A DNA stretch of 64,000 bases from Escherichia phage MLP3, in sequence record OK148440; one strand, 5' to 3'. Under the pieces are notes generated by a model. It saw only the letters and a list, made by a program, of their open reading frames with translations. It was not told the origin of the DNA and made no database searches. Of this stretch, positions 1-9,558 are shown in pieces. Position 1 is the stretch's first letter. Each line of letters starts with the position of its first letter. A program made the translations under genes and the position numbers.

Positions 1-365
1 AACCAACCCAAATCACCTTTCAGTGCTTGAACACTTGGGTCGATCATTTTAATCAGATTTAGAATACCAGAGTTCTTAGCTCGTGGGTTTACATCGAAAG
101 ATTTAAACTGGCAAGCAGGACGAGGGTCCAGAGGTTTGCCTTCATTATCAGTCCCTGTTGCATCCACGCCAATCAGTTCAAAAGCCAAGTCCATACGGAA
201 AGCTGGGTTCTTAGGAGTAACTGCTTTAGTCTTAGGGTCAATCCAAGGGTCACGATTGTGAACACCTAAACCTACAACACGAACAATACGTGCTTCGTAC
301 TCACCATCAGGGATTACATCGTAGTTGGATTTACGGGATACAGACAGTTCAGGGATCATAGACAT
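1..365 (-). CDS. hypothetical protein, C-terminally truncated by window edge
   Basis: ATG at 363-365 (minus) with AAGGA about 10 nt upstream; frame open to position 1; absent from ORF track because incomplete. Confidence 0.45.
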   Translation of the reverse strand, partial: MSMIPELSVSRKSNYDVIPDGEYEARIVRVVGLGVHNRDPWIDPKTKAVTPKNPAFRMDLAFELIGVDATGTDNEGKPLDPRPACQFKSFDVNPRAKNSGILNLIKMIDPSVQALKGDLGW

Positions 366-781
366 ATTAATATTTCCTTATATAAATTTAAGATTGTTGC
401 TCTCTTTGAGCGGTTTGTATACTATATACATTACACTTATACAGATAAGGTTCTATTATACTATAACCTTTTTGGTAGTAGATAATGACAAGTAGTAATG
501 TATATATGGTATAGCTAGTAAAGCTATTGCAGGCTTGTATATTGGGCAATTCATAGAATCCCTTGCAAGTACCGAAGGGCAGGAGCCACCTGCGAGATAA
601 AAATAGAGAATTAAGGAAATCCTTGATTTAGGTTGTAGGGACTCCTAGGGACTTTGATTCTCTATTTAAAAGAATATTAATTACTTACTACCTAAATAAT
701 TAACTAACTTACTTAAACCAAACTCAAGAATAATAGATAAAAAGATTATTCCTAAGAAAGCTAAAAAGTAAAGGATATAAG

Positions 782-946
782 TTACCATTCAAGTAAACCT
801 TTAAAGTTAGTTTGTTCTACTATCCTCTGATAATGAAGATTAGAATCAGCTTGTTTCTTTAACATCTCATTATATTTATCTCTGATAGAGTCTTTATAAA
901 CTACAGGTTCTTTAAATAATGAGATCTTGTTCTTTTCTTCTTTCAT
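782..946 (-). CDS. small hypothetical protein (ORF-track ORF 782..1030 trimmed to internal ATG)
   Basis: Internal ATG at 946 preceded by AGGAAGG at 6 nt; the longer form overlaps the phosphatase gene by 118 nt. Confidence 0.35.
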   Translation of the reverse strand: MKEEKNKISLFKEPVVYKDSIRDKYNEMLKKQADSNLHYQRIVEQTNFKGLLEW

Positions 947-1433
947 CGAAAACCTTCCTAATCTCTTGCAGAGAAACAGCTTTATAATTAATTTGCTCCA
1001 TTGATGTACAGAAATATCTCCAATCATCAATTACATGATTATGGGTATGAGCATAAATATTAAACTTCCCTCTCATTTCATCAGTGTGAATAGGAATATG
1101 AGTTACCCAAAACTCTTTATATTTATAATCACCAGAGATTCTACGGAAGACTTTCATCATATCAGGGAGAAGTTCTAACCTGTCATGGTTTCCTAAGACT
1201 AGATGCTTCTCTCCTTTTACTTCAGCGATGATATCAAGGGCATACTTTTCAAACACCCAATCACCGGTAAAGAAAGTTTTATCACGTTTAGTAACATGGT
1301 CAAACGCTGCTAAGATAGCTTTGTCGTGTTCTTCAATACTACTAAACCTCTTCCTAAAGCTACAGATGTTACGATGGCCTAGGTGACCATCACCTGCAAA
1401 ATAAACTTCAGCCATTCTCGTATGTGTCCTCAT
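912..1433 (-). CDS. calcineurin-like metallophosphoesterase
   Basis: Motifs GDGHLGH, GDWV, LVLGNHD, HTH typical of metallophosphatases; true start may be the internal Met (MAEVYFAGDGH). Confidence 0.75.
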   Translation of the reverse strand: MRTHTRMAEVYFAGDGHLGHRNICSFRKRFSSIEEHDKAILAAFDHVTKRDKTFFTGDWVFEKYALDIIAEVKGEKHLVLGNHDRLELLPDMMKVFRRISGDYKYKEFWVTHIPIHTDEMRGKFNIYAHTHNHVIDDWRYFCTSMEQINYKAVSLQEIRKVFDERRKEQDLII

Positions 1434-1558
1434 AATATGAGTAGTTGAAGGATTCAGCTTTCGTTTCAGCCTCCTCCATATCGTCTGTTTCCAGAATCAC
1501 TTTCCAGCCAGAACCATCAGGATACTCAGCTCCTTCGTCTAGCCAGACTTTATATCGT

Positions 1559-1762
1559 TTAGATAGTGCAACCATCGCAGATGTAATCTCCGCTTAGAGA
1601 CTCTTGCAAGAGCCGGGATTGTTCATCTGATACCAACTTGTCAACCTCTTCTTTCAGAGCCATAAGGTCAACAAAGGTTAGTAGCTCGTGTCGGTCAGCA
1701 ATCACTTGGTATTTGTAGTCATTAGTATGTGGTGCGCTTTGTACGACGTAAATATTAGACAT
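1559..1762 (-). CDS. hypothetical protein
   Basis: ORF in co-directional tightly packed minus-strand array. Confidence 0.45.
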   Translation of the reverse strand: MSNIYVVQSAPHTNDYKYQVIADRHELLTFVDLMALKEEVDKLVSDEQSRLLQESLSGDYICDGCTI

Positions 1763-1986
1763 TATAAGATCTCCCTTTGTTTAGCGTTAATGACTGACAT
1801 TGCTGTGATTGGGTTGTTTGTTCCAAGATACTCTAGAACAGGTGGACTACTAACTGGTTTACCAGCCTCCACGTAATTCTTAACCTTTCCACCAAGAACT
1901 GCTAGAGAAGCCTGAGCTTCTGCTTCATCAGTATGAACTCGGTCAACTACTTTCTTTCCAATCTTATAAGTATGAACCCAAATCAT
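1762..1986 (-). CDS. hypothetical protein
   Basis: ORF in minus-strand array, abutting neighbours. Confidence 0.45.
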   Translation of the reverse strand: MIWVHTYKIGKKVVDRVHTDEAEAQASLAVLGGKVKNYVEAGKPVSSPPVLEYLGTNNPITAMSVINAKQREIL

Positions 1987-2189
1987 TTAACTTCCTCAAT
2001 ATCAACTAGTTCAAAACTTCCTATTTCTTCAAGCTGGATAATCTCTTTAACCTTCTCAACAGCTTTAATAGGGTTTTCTTCTTCTACAACTTTACACCCT
2101 GACACTTCAAGACTGCCTGTTCCACGAAGGTATAAATTCAACTTATAAACTACTTTGTAGTATTTCATCGTGCTCCCAATTTCTTTCAT
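1983..2189 (-). CDS. hypothetical protein
   Basis: ORF with 4-nt overlap to upstream gene. Confidence 0.45.
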   Translation of the reverse strand: MKEIGSTMKYYKVVYKLNLYLRGTGSLEVSGCKVVEEENPIKAVEKVKEIIQLEEIGSFELVDIEEVK

Positions 2190-2322
2190 AATATCCAGAG
2201 TTGTAGTTTAGGGCGCATTTCTCGGCCTCTTCTATGTCGTCTGTGTTTAGGATATTAACCCAACCACCAACTTCATCAAAACCCTCTTCTACCTCATTGA
2301 ACCACACGCTGTATTTCTTCAT
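2143..2322 (-). CDS. hypothetical acidic protein (alternative longer start at 2358)
   Basis: Internal ATG at 2322 forms ATGA overlap with stop of the upstream small ORF. Confidence 0.4.
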   Translation of the reverse strand: MKKYSVWFNEVEEGFDEVGGWVNILNTDDIEEAEKCALNYNSGYYERNWEHDEILQSSL

Positions 2323-2498
2323 CTTGATAAGACCCTTCCCCAATCCTTGATGTAACATCGACCATCAACCCACTTGGTCTCTGATTTAAACTCTTGAGAG
2401 ATTCTTGTTTCACAGTCTTCTTTACTGTAATCACCAAGAGCATCCATCACCCAAAGAAACAGAGCAATTACAATAGACCAGATTAGAAACTTCTTCAT
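2319..2498 (-). CDS. small membrane protein (59 aa)
   Basis: ATG at 2498 overlapping stop of 2495..2887 gene (ATGA); hydrophobic N-terminal segment IWSIVIALFLWVM; below ORF-track size cutoff. Confidence 0.35.
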   Translation of the reverse strand: MKKFLIWSIVIALFLWVMDALGDYSKEDCETRISQEFKSETKWVDGRCYIKDWGRVLSR

Positions 2499-2887
2499 CG
2501 TATCACCAGAGGCTCTTCAGAGTACACAGGAGAGGCTATTTCTACCGGAGGTGCTGCTCTAAGGTCATTAAGCCTTACGCCCTTCAGCATACCATCTAGG
2601 TGGTCCATTTTAGGGATACCTACAGGGAAGTCATCAATCCAAACATCCACAAAGAAACCCAAGCTCTGAGTGACGGAATCCTTCTGAACACCATTGCAAA
2701 AGATAACAGGAATATCTAGACTTGCTGCATCTGCTAGAAGCTCCTCATTTGAATACCCATTAGGTTGAGCAAAACGATAGGTGACAATACGAACATCATG
2801 TCCACGAGATTTCATAAGACCTACAATGTGGGTCCACATCTCTTTGTCCACTGTAAAAGTATCATCATAATCTAAACCAATATTCAT
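2495..2887 (-). CDS. HAD-like hydrolase (putative nucleotidase/phosphatase)
   Basis: N-terminal DYDDT matches HAD motif I DxDxT; size about 130 aa. Confidence 0.5.
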   Translation of the reverse strand: MNIGLDYDDTFTVDKEMWTHIVGLMKSRGHDVRIVTYRFAQPNGYSNEELLADAASLDIPVIFCNGVQKDSVTQSLGFFVDVWIDDFPVGIPKMDHLDGMLKGVRLNDLRAAPPVEIASPVYSEEPLVIR

Positions 2888-2898
2888 ATTAGCCTCTT

Positions 2899-2927
2899 AG
2901 ACAAGAAAAGCCACCCGAAGGTAGCTT
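2899..2927 (-). terminator. intrinsic terminator-like hairpin
   Basis: Minus strand AGCTACC-TTCG-GGTGGCT followed by TTTTCTTGTC immediately after stop of 2926..3171 gene. Confidence 0.45.
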
Positions 2928-3171
2928 ATTTATTCTGTGTTTCCAGTTCGCTGATACGAACTTTCAAACCGTTAATCTCAGCCTGAGCAGCTTCTAGTTT
3001 AATTAGAGCTTCTTCAGCGTCAGCTTCTGTTTGAAGAACCGCAGTGGTTAGTTCGTATAAAGCTTGGCGGAGAGAATCTTTTCCCATAGCATGAATCTGT
3101 GCAACAAAGAATTGCTTACCTTCCGTGGTTTCCAAAGTCTCTTTTAATTCTTTAGATGTTAAAGTCATCAT
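2926..3171 (-). CDS. coiled-coil protein
   Basis: 81-aa helical, heptad-like sequence; SD GGGAG upstream of ATGATG. Confidence 0.5.
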   Translation of the reverse strand: MMTLTSKELKETLETTEGKQFFVAQIHAMGKDSLRQALYELTTAVLQTEADAEEALIKLEAAQAEINGLKVRISELETQNK

Positions 3172-3338
3172 TACTCCCTTTCATAAATTTTAAGAACTGT
3201 ACCGCCATCTGCTTCAATCTGAGCAACTACTTCATCGCGCTCTTCATCAGAATAAACCAGTTGGTTGTGAAATTTGCCTGTACTATCTTGGAAATACACA
3301 TTCCATTTTGGAGCAGGTTTACGAATCAAATCCATCAT
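3171..3338 (-). CDS. small hypothetical protein (55 aa)
   Basis: ATG at 3338 with AGGAG 9 nt upstream; stop overlaps next start as TAATG. Confidence 0.3.
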   Translation of the reverse strand: MMDLIRKPAPKWNVYFQDSTGKFHNQLVYSDEERDEVVAQIEADGGTVLKIYERE

Positions 3339-3550
3339 TGATCTTTCTCCTCTCGTTCAACCCATGTATGGAAAAGCTCCCCATACACTTTGGCATCATC
3401 AAAACGTCCTTCTTCCTGTGCGAGTTTTTGTTGCTTCAAGCACCATTCAGAACTTTTTACTTCTTCCACTTCCTTGTCTCCTTAAAAAGAACTAATCAAT
3501 AAGACTAGTTCATTTCGTAATACGATTCAGCTCTTCCACTGAACTAATCA

Positions 3551-3862
3551 CTACTTCTCCACCACAAAGAGGTTAACTTCAATGAAAGTTTCGTATTGTG
3601 TTGACTCCTGCTTACGGGTGTAGTAGAAATGACGACCTTCTAATGCACCTCCGTACTGAGTGGCACATCTTTTAACCATCTCTTTTATCACATCTACAAC
3701 TGATTCGCCTTTCCACGGACGTAACCCCTGAGTTGGGACTTTTGCTGTACAGGTTACTTGTGTGTAACCTACATCTTGTAGAGATATCTCAAGAATCAGC
3801 TTTGCCCAAGCATCAAAATTAAGCTTGGGGTTATATTTAACTTCAGTTTTGATATCAATCAT
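3551..3862 (-). CDS. hypothetical protein
   Basis: 103-aa ORF directly downstream of polymerase gene with ATGA overlap. Confidence 0.5.
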   Translation of the reverse strand: MIDIKTEVKYNPKLNFDAWAKLILEISLQDVGYTQVTCTAKVPTQGLRPWKGESVVDVIKEMVKRCATQYGGALEGRHFYYTRKQESTQYETFIEVNLFVVEK

Positions 3863-5709
3863 TAGTGAGTATGATTCCAGTTTAATCCAATCTTACAATC
3901 TGATGCAAGAGGACATTCCATCTTGAGGTATTCCCCTGCTTTACGAACACATTCTTCAGTGAGGATACGAAGTTTGTTAACATCATCACGATGTACAGTG
4001 AACTGTCCTTCATCATGCATGTCAATAACCTTCGCACAACGAACACCATCCCGCTCAATCCATTTATTGAGGAATAGCATTGCATACTTCATAACAATCG
4101 CCCCAGCGCTCTGTAAGAGTGTATTTAAGGCTTTATGGACCATAACCTTTCCAGTTGCATCTCTTCTCATTGTAATACGACGTCCATCCACACCGTAGAT
4201 GTATCCACTTTGCGCTTTCTCTGTCATACGTTCAATAAGGATTGCAATACAAGGGTTCTCTGCTAAGAATCTTGCTCTCATGATAGCCCCTTCGTCAGAG
4301 CCACCACCTACAATACTTCCTAATTTAGCGTCACCTGCCCCATAGTTAAAGGCATATATAAACGTCTTAGCGTTATCACGAGTAGGAAGACCAGCAAGTT
4401 TTTGGTTATGTGAGTGAATGTCTCCTTCTAAAAGAATATCTCTGTACATAACAGCAGAAGCTAGACCACGTTCAGCTTCTCGTTTCTTAGCCGGGTTGTT
4501 TTCTCGCTCTGCTTCAGCGAGCATCTCACGACATTCTTTAATAAGGTAGTGAGCTAGCATCCTCAGCTCAAGACCAGAGCCATCGTAACCTAAGAAGATT
4601 TCACGACCAGCAGGAACATAGAACTTATAGGCACCTACAGGTTTGTCTTTCTTGCCCGGTTTTCCCACTTCGTAGATAATGTTAGTACCCTTTCGTACGT
4701 AACACCCATCAGGGATATGGTTGGTAATGATGAAAGGATGGTTATGACTATCGTCTGAGGAATAGTCAGATTGAAAAAGACTGCGGCACTCGTGACCAAA
4801 CAAACCGCGAGAAGGAATATTAACAACAATGCGATGTTTAAAACGAAATGTCGGAGTAGCGCAGCTATTAGCTTCGGCGGACAACTTACCATCTTTACGT
4901 TCCTTGTCGATAAGCCCGCTAATCAAACCTAGCCTGTGAGCCGCTACAACGCGTCTCTTAAGCAAACTTCCTACACCCCCTAGCTCACCCCCAAGCCCCT
5001 CTTCAAGAGTCTCCTCAAGGTTTGTAGGGGCTGTGGGCCACTTGTTTGATGTAGCCAAAGCTTTTTTGATTTCATCAAAGGTTACAGGTTTCTTCCTATT
5101 CGGATTAAGACCTAAACCACTGACGTAGGCTTTCATGTAGTTGACAGTGTGATAACGGAAATGTTTATCCAAAAATCTTCGGATATCAGCATCTATCATC
5201 TCCGCTGTCTGTTTCTCTTTAGCATTACCTCGAATCCAAGCAGAATACCATGCAGAGTATGTACCATACTTCTTCATAGCTCTACGGATTTCAAATGTAT
5301 TCCAAGGTTTCTTAGAATAATTCCACTCTGGAGGTATGAAGCCCTCATCCATCAAGGCTTCTTTAATACGTGCATCTTTCGATGGGTCGAAGTCTACATA
5401 CTCAACGCAAGTAAACGCCCCACCGATATCTTCTCTTTTAAGACCAACCCTATCGCAATAGAGCTGAGGCCACTTCTGTAAAGCACCTGATTTCTTAAAA
5501 GGCTTAGCATAAGTTGAACCATCCACCCGCATTTTAGGGAGGAGAGGAATCAGTTCTTTATCAATATTGACAATAATCTCTTTGAGAAGGTGAACAAACC
5601 ACCGAGCGTTTCTTCTGTTGAAGTTGACTCCATGCTTCGCTTGTTTTGAGATTATATCAGCGACTGTCATCTCCGTTATGAAAGGTAACTTATCAGGGTT
5701 ATCCATCAC
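3862..5709 (-). CDS. DNA polymerase, family A polymerase domain (no exonuclease domain)
   Basis: Motif A DGSGLELRMLAHY, motif B RDNAKTFIYAFNYGAG, motif C VIDMHDE. Confidence 0.9.
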   Translation of the reverse strand: MMDNPDKLPFITEMTVADIISKQAKHGVNFNRRNARWFVHLLKEIIVNIDKELIPLLPKMRVDGSTYAKPFKKSGALQKWPQLYCDRVGLKREDIGGAFTCVEYVDFDPSKDARIKEALMDEGFIPPEWNYSKKPWNTFEIRRAMKKYGTYSAWYSAWIRGNAKEKQTAEMIDADIRRFLDKHFRYHTVNYMKAYVSGLGLNPNRKKPVTFDEIKKALATSNKWPTAPTNLEETLEEGLGGELGGVGSLLKRRVVAAHRLGLISGLIDKERKDGKLSAEANSCATPTFRFKHRIVVNIPSRGLFGHECRSLFQSDYSSDDSHNHPFIITNHIPDGCYVRKGTNIIYEVGKPGKKDKPVGAYKFYVPAGREIFLGYDGSGLELRMLAHYLIKECREMLAEAERENNPAKKREAERGLASAVMYRDILLEGDIHSHNQKLAGLPTRDNAKTFIYAFNYGAGDAKLGSIVGGGSDEGAIMRARFLAENPCIAILIERMTEKAQSGYIYGVDGRRITMRRDATGKVMVHKALNTLLQSAGAIVMKYAMLFLNKWIERDGVRCAKVIDMHDEGQFTVHRDDVNKLRILTEECVRKAGEYLKMECPLASDCKIGLNWNHTH

Positions 5710-5722
5710 CCACTCCTTATAG

Positions 5723-6076
5723 TTATTGGTATATTAAGTCTGTGAATGCTTGGTTGTCTTCAACAATATCTAAAGCTTCATATGAATCAGCCAATTCATC
5801 CACATAAAAGACTGCTGGAATATCTTCTGCTCGCTGTCTACGAGATTCCCTTTGTTCATTGATATTTCTTTGAACCTGTGCAAGTTTCATACCCCACACC
5901 TGCTCATACAACTCTGGATATTTGTCACTAACCACTACATAGTTTCGAGCTGGTTGGTTTCTATTAATCTTCGCTGTCAACTCAATAAACTGGCGAAACT
6001 CTTGAATAGAGAGGTTGTCATGAATATTATCCCATTTGAGAACGCAGTGACGTTCTAGGCGTTGAGGTACTGGCAT
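5723..6076 (-). CDS. hypothetical protein
   Basis: 117-aa ORF in minus-strand array. Confidence 0.5.
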   Translation of the reverse strand: MPVPQRLERHCVLKWDNIHDNLSIQEFRQFIELTAKINRNQPARNYVVVSDKYPELYEQVWGMKLAQVQRNINEQRESRRQRAEDIPAVFYVDELADSYEALDIVEDNQAFTDLIYQ

Positions 6077-6079
6077 AAC

Positions 6080-6349
6080 TTACTCCACTGTCGGGAATGG
6101 TTTTAGGTTGTTCATGGCTGTACGAACATCAGCACAGATTTCAGGATCACGATAAGAGAGGAATTTACCATCCTTACCACGAATCATTACATTAGTCCGT
6201 GCTGTTTTATTAGGCAATAAAGAAATCCCTCCAATAAGATGGTTGGTAGGGTGTTGTCCTTGATTAACCTTGTAGTCATGAGTCTGAGCGTCACCATTAA
6301 AGAGATGATCACGAATTTGGATTAAGCTAATCTTCATATTATGCACCAA
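6080..6349 (-). CDS. hypothetical protein, tandem paralog (ARTNV-RG-DGKF-S-RD family)
   Basis: Shares NKTARTNVMIRGKDGKFLSYRD...NLKPFP with adjacent gene. Confidence 0.5.
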   Translation of the reverse strand: MVHNMKISLIQIRDHLFNGDAQTHDYKVNQGQHPTNHLIGGISLLPNKTARTNVMIRGKDGKFLSYRDPEICADVRTAMNNLKPFPTVE

Positions 6350-6626
6350 AGTTAGGGAAAGGTTTCAGATTTTCAATAGACTTAGCAATACGCTTAGGAA
6401 CAGCCTTATCACGGAAGGAGATGAACTTTCCATCAGGACCACGAAGGGCTACATTAGTACGAGCTGTTGTTTTGTTAAACTGAATCATCTCAACAGAGCT
6501 TGTAACATTTTCTACAGGAAAAGTATAGCTCTCAGTTGTGTTCAGAGAAGGGAGGAAATCAGTTACAGTGATGTAAGTTACTTTAGACATATTTATTACC
6601 TTAGGTTCTATAAAAGAAAAGGCCAC
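6339..6626 (-). CDS. hypothetical protein, tandem paralog (ARTNV-RG-DGKF-S-RD family)
   Basis: Shares KTTARTNVALRGPDGKFISFRD...NLKPFP with adjacent gene. Confidence 0.5.
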   Translation of the reverse strand: MAFSFIEPKVINMSKVTYITVTDFLPSLNTTESYTFPVENVTSSVEMIQFNKTTARTNVALRGPDGKFISFRDKAVPKRIAKSIENLKPFPNFGA

Positions 6627-6645
6627 CCGAAATGGGTAGCCTTAT
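6611..6645 (-). terminator. intrinsic terminator-like hairpin
   Basis: Minus strand GGCTACCCATTTCGGGTGGCC followed by TTTTCTTTT downstream of 6647..6964. Confidence 0.4.
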
Positions 6646-6646
6646 A

Positions 6647-6964
6647 TCAACTTGAGCTTAAAGCTCCTTTGCGACCGCCTGCTGATTTTCCAGCACGATC
6701 TCCACTTTTGCCGCCGTTCGAGCGATTTCGAGAGACTGATTCAACACGTAAGTTACTTGACGCATTAGAACCTCCCGACTTGATTGATCGTTTGTGTCCA
6801 ACATCTTTACCTCGGACAGCAGCTTTTCCATCGCGCTTTTCAACGATGCGACGTGCACGGTGGCGCTGAGCATCTCCGCTCTTGCTACCAACGCCGGTCT
6901 CACCCCTTGCGATTGCAGTTCTTCGTTCTTGTGCATAATCACGTTTCGCCTTATCGGTCATCAT
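6647..6964 (-). CDS. basic Gly/Ser/Arg/Lys-rich protein (possible nucleic-acid-binding)
   Basis: ATGATG preceded by strong SD AAGGAG; third-codon composition resembles neighbouring genes better than the overlapping 6658..6942 frame. Confidence 0.45.
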   Translation of the reverse strand: MMTDKAKRDYAQERRTAIARGETGVGSKSGDAQRHRARRIVEKRDGKAAVRGKDVGHKRSIKSGGSNASSNLRVESVSRNRSNGGKSGDRAGKSAGGRKGALSSS

Positions 6965-7008
6965 AACTCCTTAATATATCAGTGTACACTAAGGAGTATA
7001 CATTATGT

Positions 7009-7746
7009 TTATGATTTTTCAGATTCCATTGCTTTAACAATAGCTTTACAGAAACCTGAACGAACAATATCATCTGATTCGCCATCTACTAGAGCGGCAA
7101 ATTCAAATAACTGGTGACGGTAGATGAAATCAGTAGCCCAATCAAGACCGCTCTCACCACGCATGTCGTGCTGGTTAGTGTCCCCCATGCAGAACATCTG
7201 AGAGGTTTCACCAAGACGTGTCATGATTGAATATGCTTCATCAGGAGTAGTGTTCTGGAACTCATCAACAATCACGATAGCATCGTTGAACGAGCGACCA
7301 CGTAGATATTCCAGAGGTACGAACTCAATATTACCATTACCTACTTGACATTCGTAGAAACCTTTACCGTAGCGCTGAGTAATAACATCAACGATTGGCA
7401 TTAGGTATGGTTCAAACTTCTCACGAAGCCCACCGGGAAGTAATCCAAGACTATTACCCATACCAACAGCAGGTCGGCTTAGGATAATCTTCTCAATCTT
7501 CCCACTCTTCAGAGCATCGATCACTGTAGAAGTGATTACGAAGGTCTTACCACATCCAGCAGGAGCATCTGTGAATACAACCTGTTTTGTTTTGATTGCA
7601 TCAAGCAATTCACTCTGGAATTGGTTCTGAGGTACTACCGGCTTAGCAAGAACTACTTCTTCAAATTCCCGCTTTCCTTTCTTGGTGACGAGAGCTTCAC
7701 GACGTAATTCTCTCCGTGATGCTTTCCGAGATTCTCTACGACTCAT
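7009..7746 (-). CDS. phoH: PhoH-like ATPase
   Basis: Walker A APAGCGKT, LSRP, LLPG...EKFEPY, VIVDEFQN motifs. Confidence 0.85.
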   Translation of the reverse strand: MSRRESRKASRRELRREALVTKKGKREFEEVVLAKPVVPQNQFQSELLDAIKTKQVVFTDAPAGCGKTFVITSTVIDALKSGKIEKIILSRPAVGMGNSLGLLPGGLREKFEPYLMPIVDVITQRYGKGFYECQVGNGNIEFVPLEYLRGRSFNDAIVIVDEFQNTTPDEAYSIMTRLGETSQMFCMGDTNQHDMRGESGLDWATDFIYRHQLFEFAALVDGESDDIVRSGFCKAIVKAMESEKS

Positions 7747-7924
7747 TTCCTACCTCCGTGTTCTTCATATAAGAAGCTACAGGATTTACACTCTGAGCAA
7801 TGGATACCTATAACCTTAATTTCGACAAACTTCTTATTCTTCCCTTTAGTCGGGGAGCCTTTGGCAAGCTCCCGTATTACTTTCGAGTCCAAATGGAGAA
7901 GAGTTGATTCACATTTAAAACATT

Positions 7925-8245
7925 TCAGATTGATTTGTCCTTATGTAAACGGTATACTTCAGTAGCCATACAAGCTATACGCTCGTCATGTGGGAGATGC
8001 ATACCAGTAGAGCCGTTCCATCCTTCGAACTCTGAATCAAAGAATCCAATAGGCTCGGGATACATCTCTTGCAAGGTGGTTAAGTCATCAGCCACTTGTT
8101 GCCATTTATCGTCAGACCAGATTGGGTCATCCAACCAATAATACAAATAGGAGTGGATAAGCATCTGTGTTCTATGTCGTTTAATCACTTCAGCAGGACT
8201 GATTTCATTTCCGTTACCAGTCCTAAATGTATTATTGTTGATCAT
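7925..8245 (-). CDS. hypothetical protein
   Basis: 106-aa ORF. Confidence 0.5.
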   Translation of the reverse strand: MINNNTFRTGNGNEISPAEVIKRHRTQMLIHSYLYYWLDDPIWSDDKWQQVADDLTTLQEMYPEPIGFFDSEFEGWNGSTGMHLPHDERIACMATEVYRLHKDKSI

Positions 8246-8721
8246 TCCAAAACCCTTTCTTCTAAATCATAAAAGATTTGATTTGTCCCATTATTCTCAA
8301 CAAGCACTGTTCCATTATCTAGCAGGGTAGCAACTTGGGAATAAGGAATGTTCTTTAACATCAGAGCATTAATGGTCGGCTTGTTTTTGAAGTAAGCGAC
8401 AGGCTCAACATAGAAGGAAATCCCACGACTTCCTTTAATTGGGGTGCTTGAAGATAGAACCCAAATTGTTTCTGGCTTGTCTATTTCCTTTTCAACACCA
8501 ACCTCAACAAGCGAGTCAGCAGCGAAACCTACAGGACGACTAGAAGAGCCAAGCGCCCGAATAAATCCCGGTAATTTTGACATATTAGACCAACTACCAG
8601 TGTTTTCATTAAACACAGGTCTTACATCACCATATGCCCAAACCAGATTATCATAGTCACGGGCTATGTATTTGGTCCAATCAGGAACATCATACTCTCT
8701 TCCTTCAAAAATAGCTTTCAT
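8242..8721 (-). CDS. hypothetical protein
   Basis: 159-aa ORF. Confidence 0.5.
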   Translation of the reverse strand: MKAIFEGREYDVPDWTKYIARDYDNLVWAYGDVRPVFNENTGSWSNMSKLPGFIRALGSSSRPVGFAADSLVEVGVEKEIDKPETIWVLSSSTPIKGSRGISFYVEPVAYFKNKPTINALMLKNIPYSQVATLLDNGTVLVENNGTNQIFYDLEERVLE

Positions 8722-9030
8722 TTAGATAACCTTGTGCTTGTAGATGCTAGGGTTGAAGTAATGCAACCAGTTTATGTATTGTTTCTGTTCAAGGTAGTGT
8801 CTGCAATCATGACAAAAAGCATGACCCAAACCTGTTTCCTCGTTCAGCTTGAAGTTGATAAGAAGCTTCTGCTTTTGACAGAAGCTACATGCTTTAGTGG
8901 GCTTCACGTAGTGCATCCCATGAGATTGGGAAAAGTTTACGAAGCTCTTCATCAACAGTTGATGCGAACACTCGTACTTCATACTGAGCATGGTCGGACA
9001 GTCGCTGACGACATAACTCTGACCAGCCAT
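8722..9030 (-). CDS. Cys/His-rich small protein (start uncertain; overlaps 3' end of thyX)
   Basis: CSFCQ...CHDCRHY zinc-finger-like motifs; no convincing SD at any candidate start. Confidence 0.35.
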   Translation of the reverse strand: MAGQSYVVSDCPTMLSMKYECSHQLLMKSFVNFSQSHGMHYVKPTKACSFCQKQKLLINFKLNEETGLGHAFCHDCRHYLEQKQYINWLHYFNPSIYKHKVI

Positions 9031-9544
9031 ATAAAGAACCTGTCCACACCCACTCAGTGATCATACCTTGAGGTAGAACGAATCGGGCTTGCTCTGGAGC
9101 AATAAACTTAATCAACTCATCATATGACTCAAGAGCTGTTTCATATGCCCGATTAATCAGAACTAGTGCAGAGTTTTGCGCTCCTGTGGTGAGGAGATTC
9201 CCCGCACCTGCATGGAGGTCCGAAGGTCTTTCAAAAATCTCTTTAGGGATGAAGAGTTCAACTGCTCCATCTTTATACCGCCGGGACATTTCGTTCCACG
9301 AGAATCCAACTTGATGCTTGCCCAGCTGTCTCGCAATTGCGATTGGCGCTTTGCATCGGAAGCTAATTGTCGGATGGCGGAATGGTGTGACATGCTTTTC
9401 TCTGGCAAGGAACTTGATAAGGCGTTCATCTCGTTCATTTAACTCTCCTTCACGAGTAACCCCAAAGGAAACTCGAGCTGCATTAACAACAGATTTATCA
9501 GAACCCATTGCTTCAATTAGTGTTGCTTGTAATTGTTCGTTCAT
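8894..9544 (-). CDS. thyX: flavin-dependent thymidylate synthase ThyX
   Basis: ThyX signature RHP(x)...S and SRRY (RHR-x7-S-like motif). Confidence 0.8.
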   Translation of the reverse strand: MNEQLQATLIEAMGSDKSVVNAARVSFGVTREGELNERDERLIKFLAREKHVTPFRHPTISFRCKAPIAIARQLGKHQVGFSWNEMSRRYKDGAVELFIPKEIFERPSDLHAGAGNLLTTGAQNSALVLINRAYETALESYDELIKFIAPEQARFVLPQGMITEWVWTGSLYGWSELCRQRLSDHAQYEVRVFASTVDEELRKLFPISWDALREAH

Positions 9545-9558
9545 CCTTGAATTCTTCC

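Noticed and set aside
6658-6942. Alternative 94-aa ORF overlapping 6647..6964
   Set aside because: Weaker SD and G-rich third positions unlike neighbouring genes; kept as a finding but not annotated as a feature.
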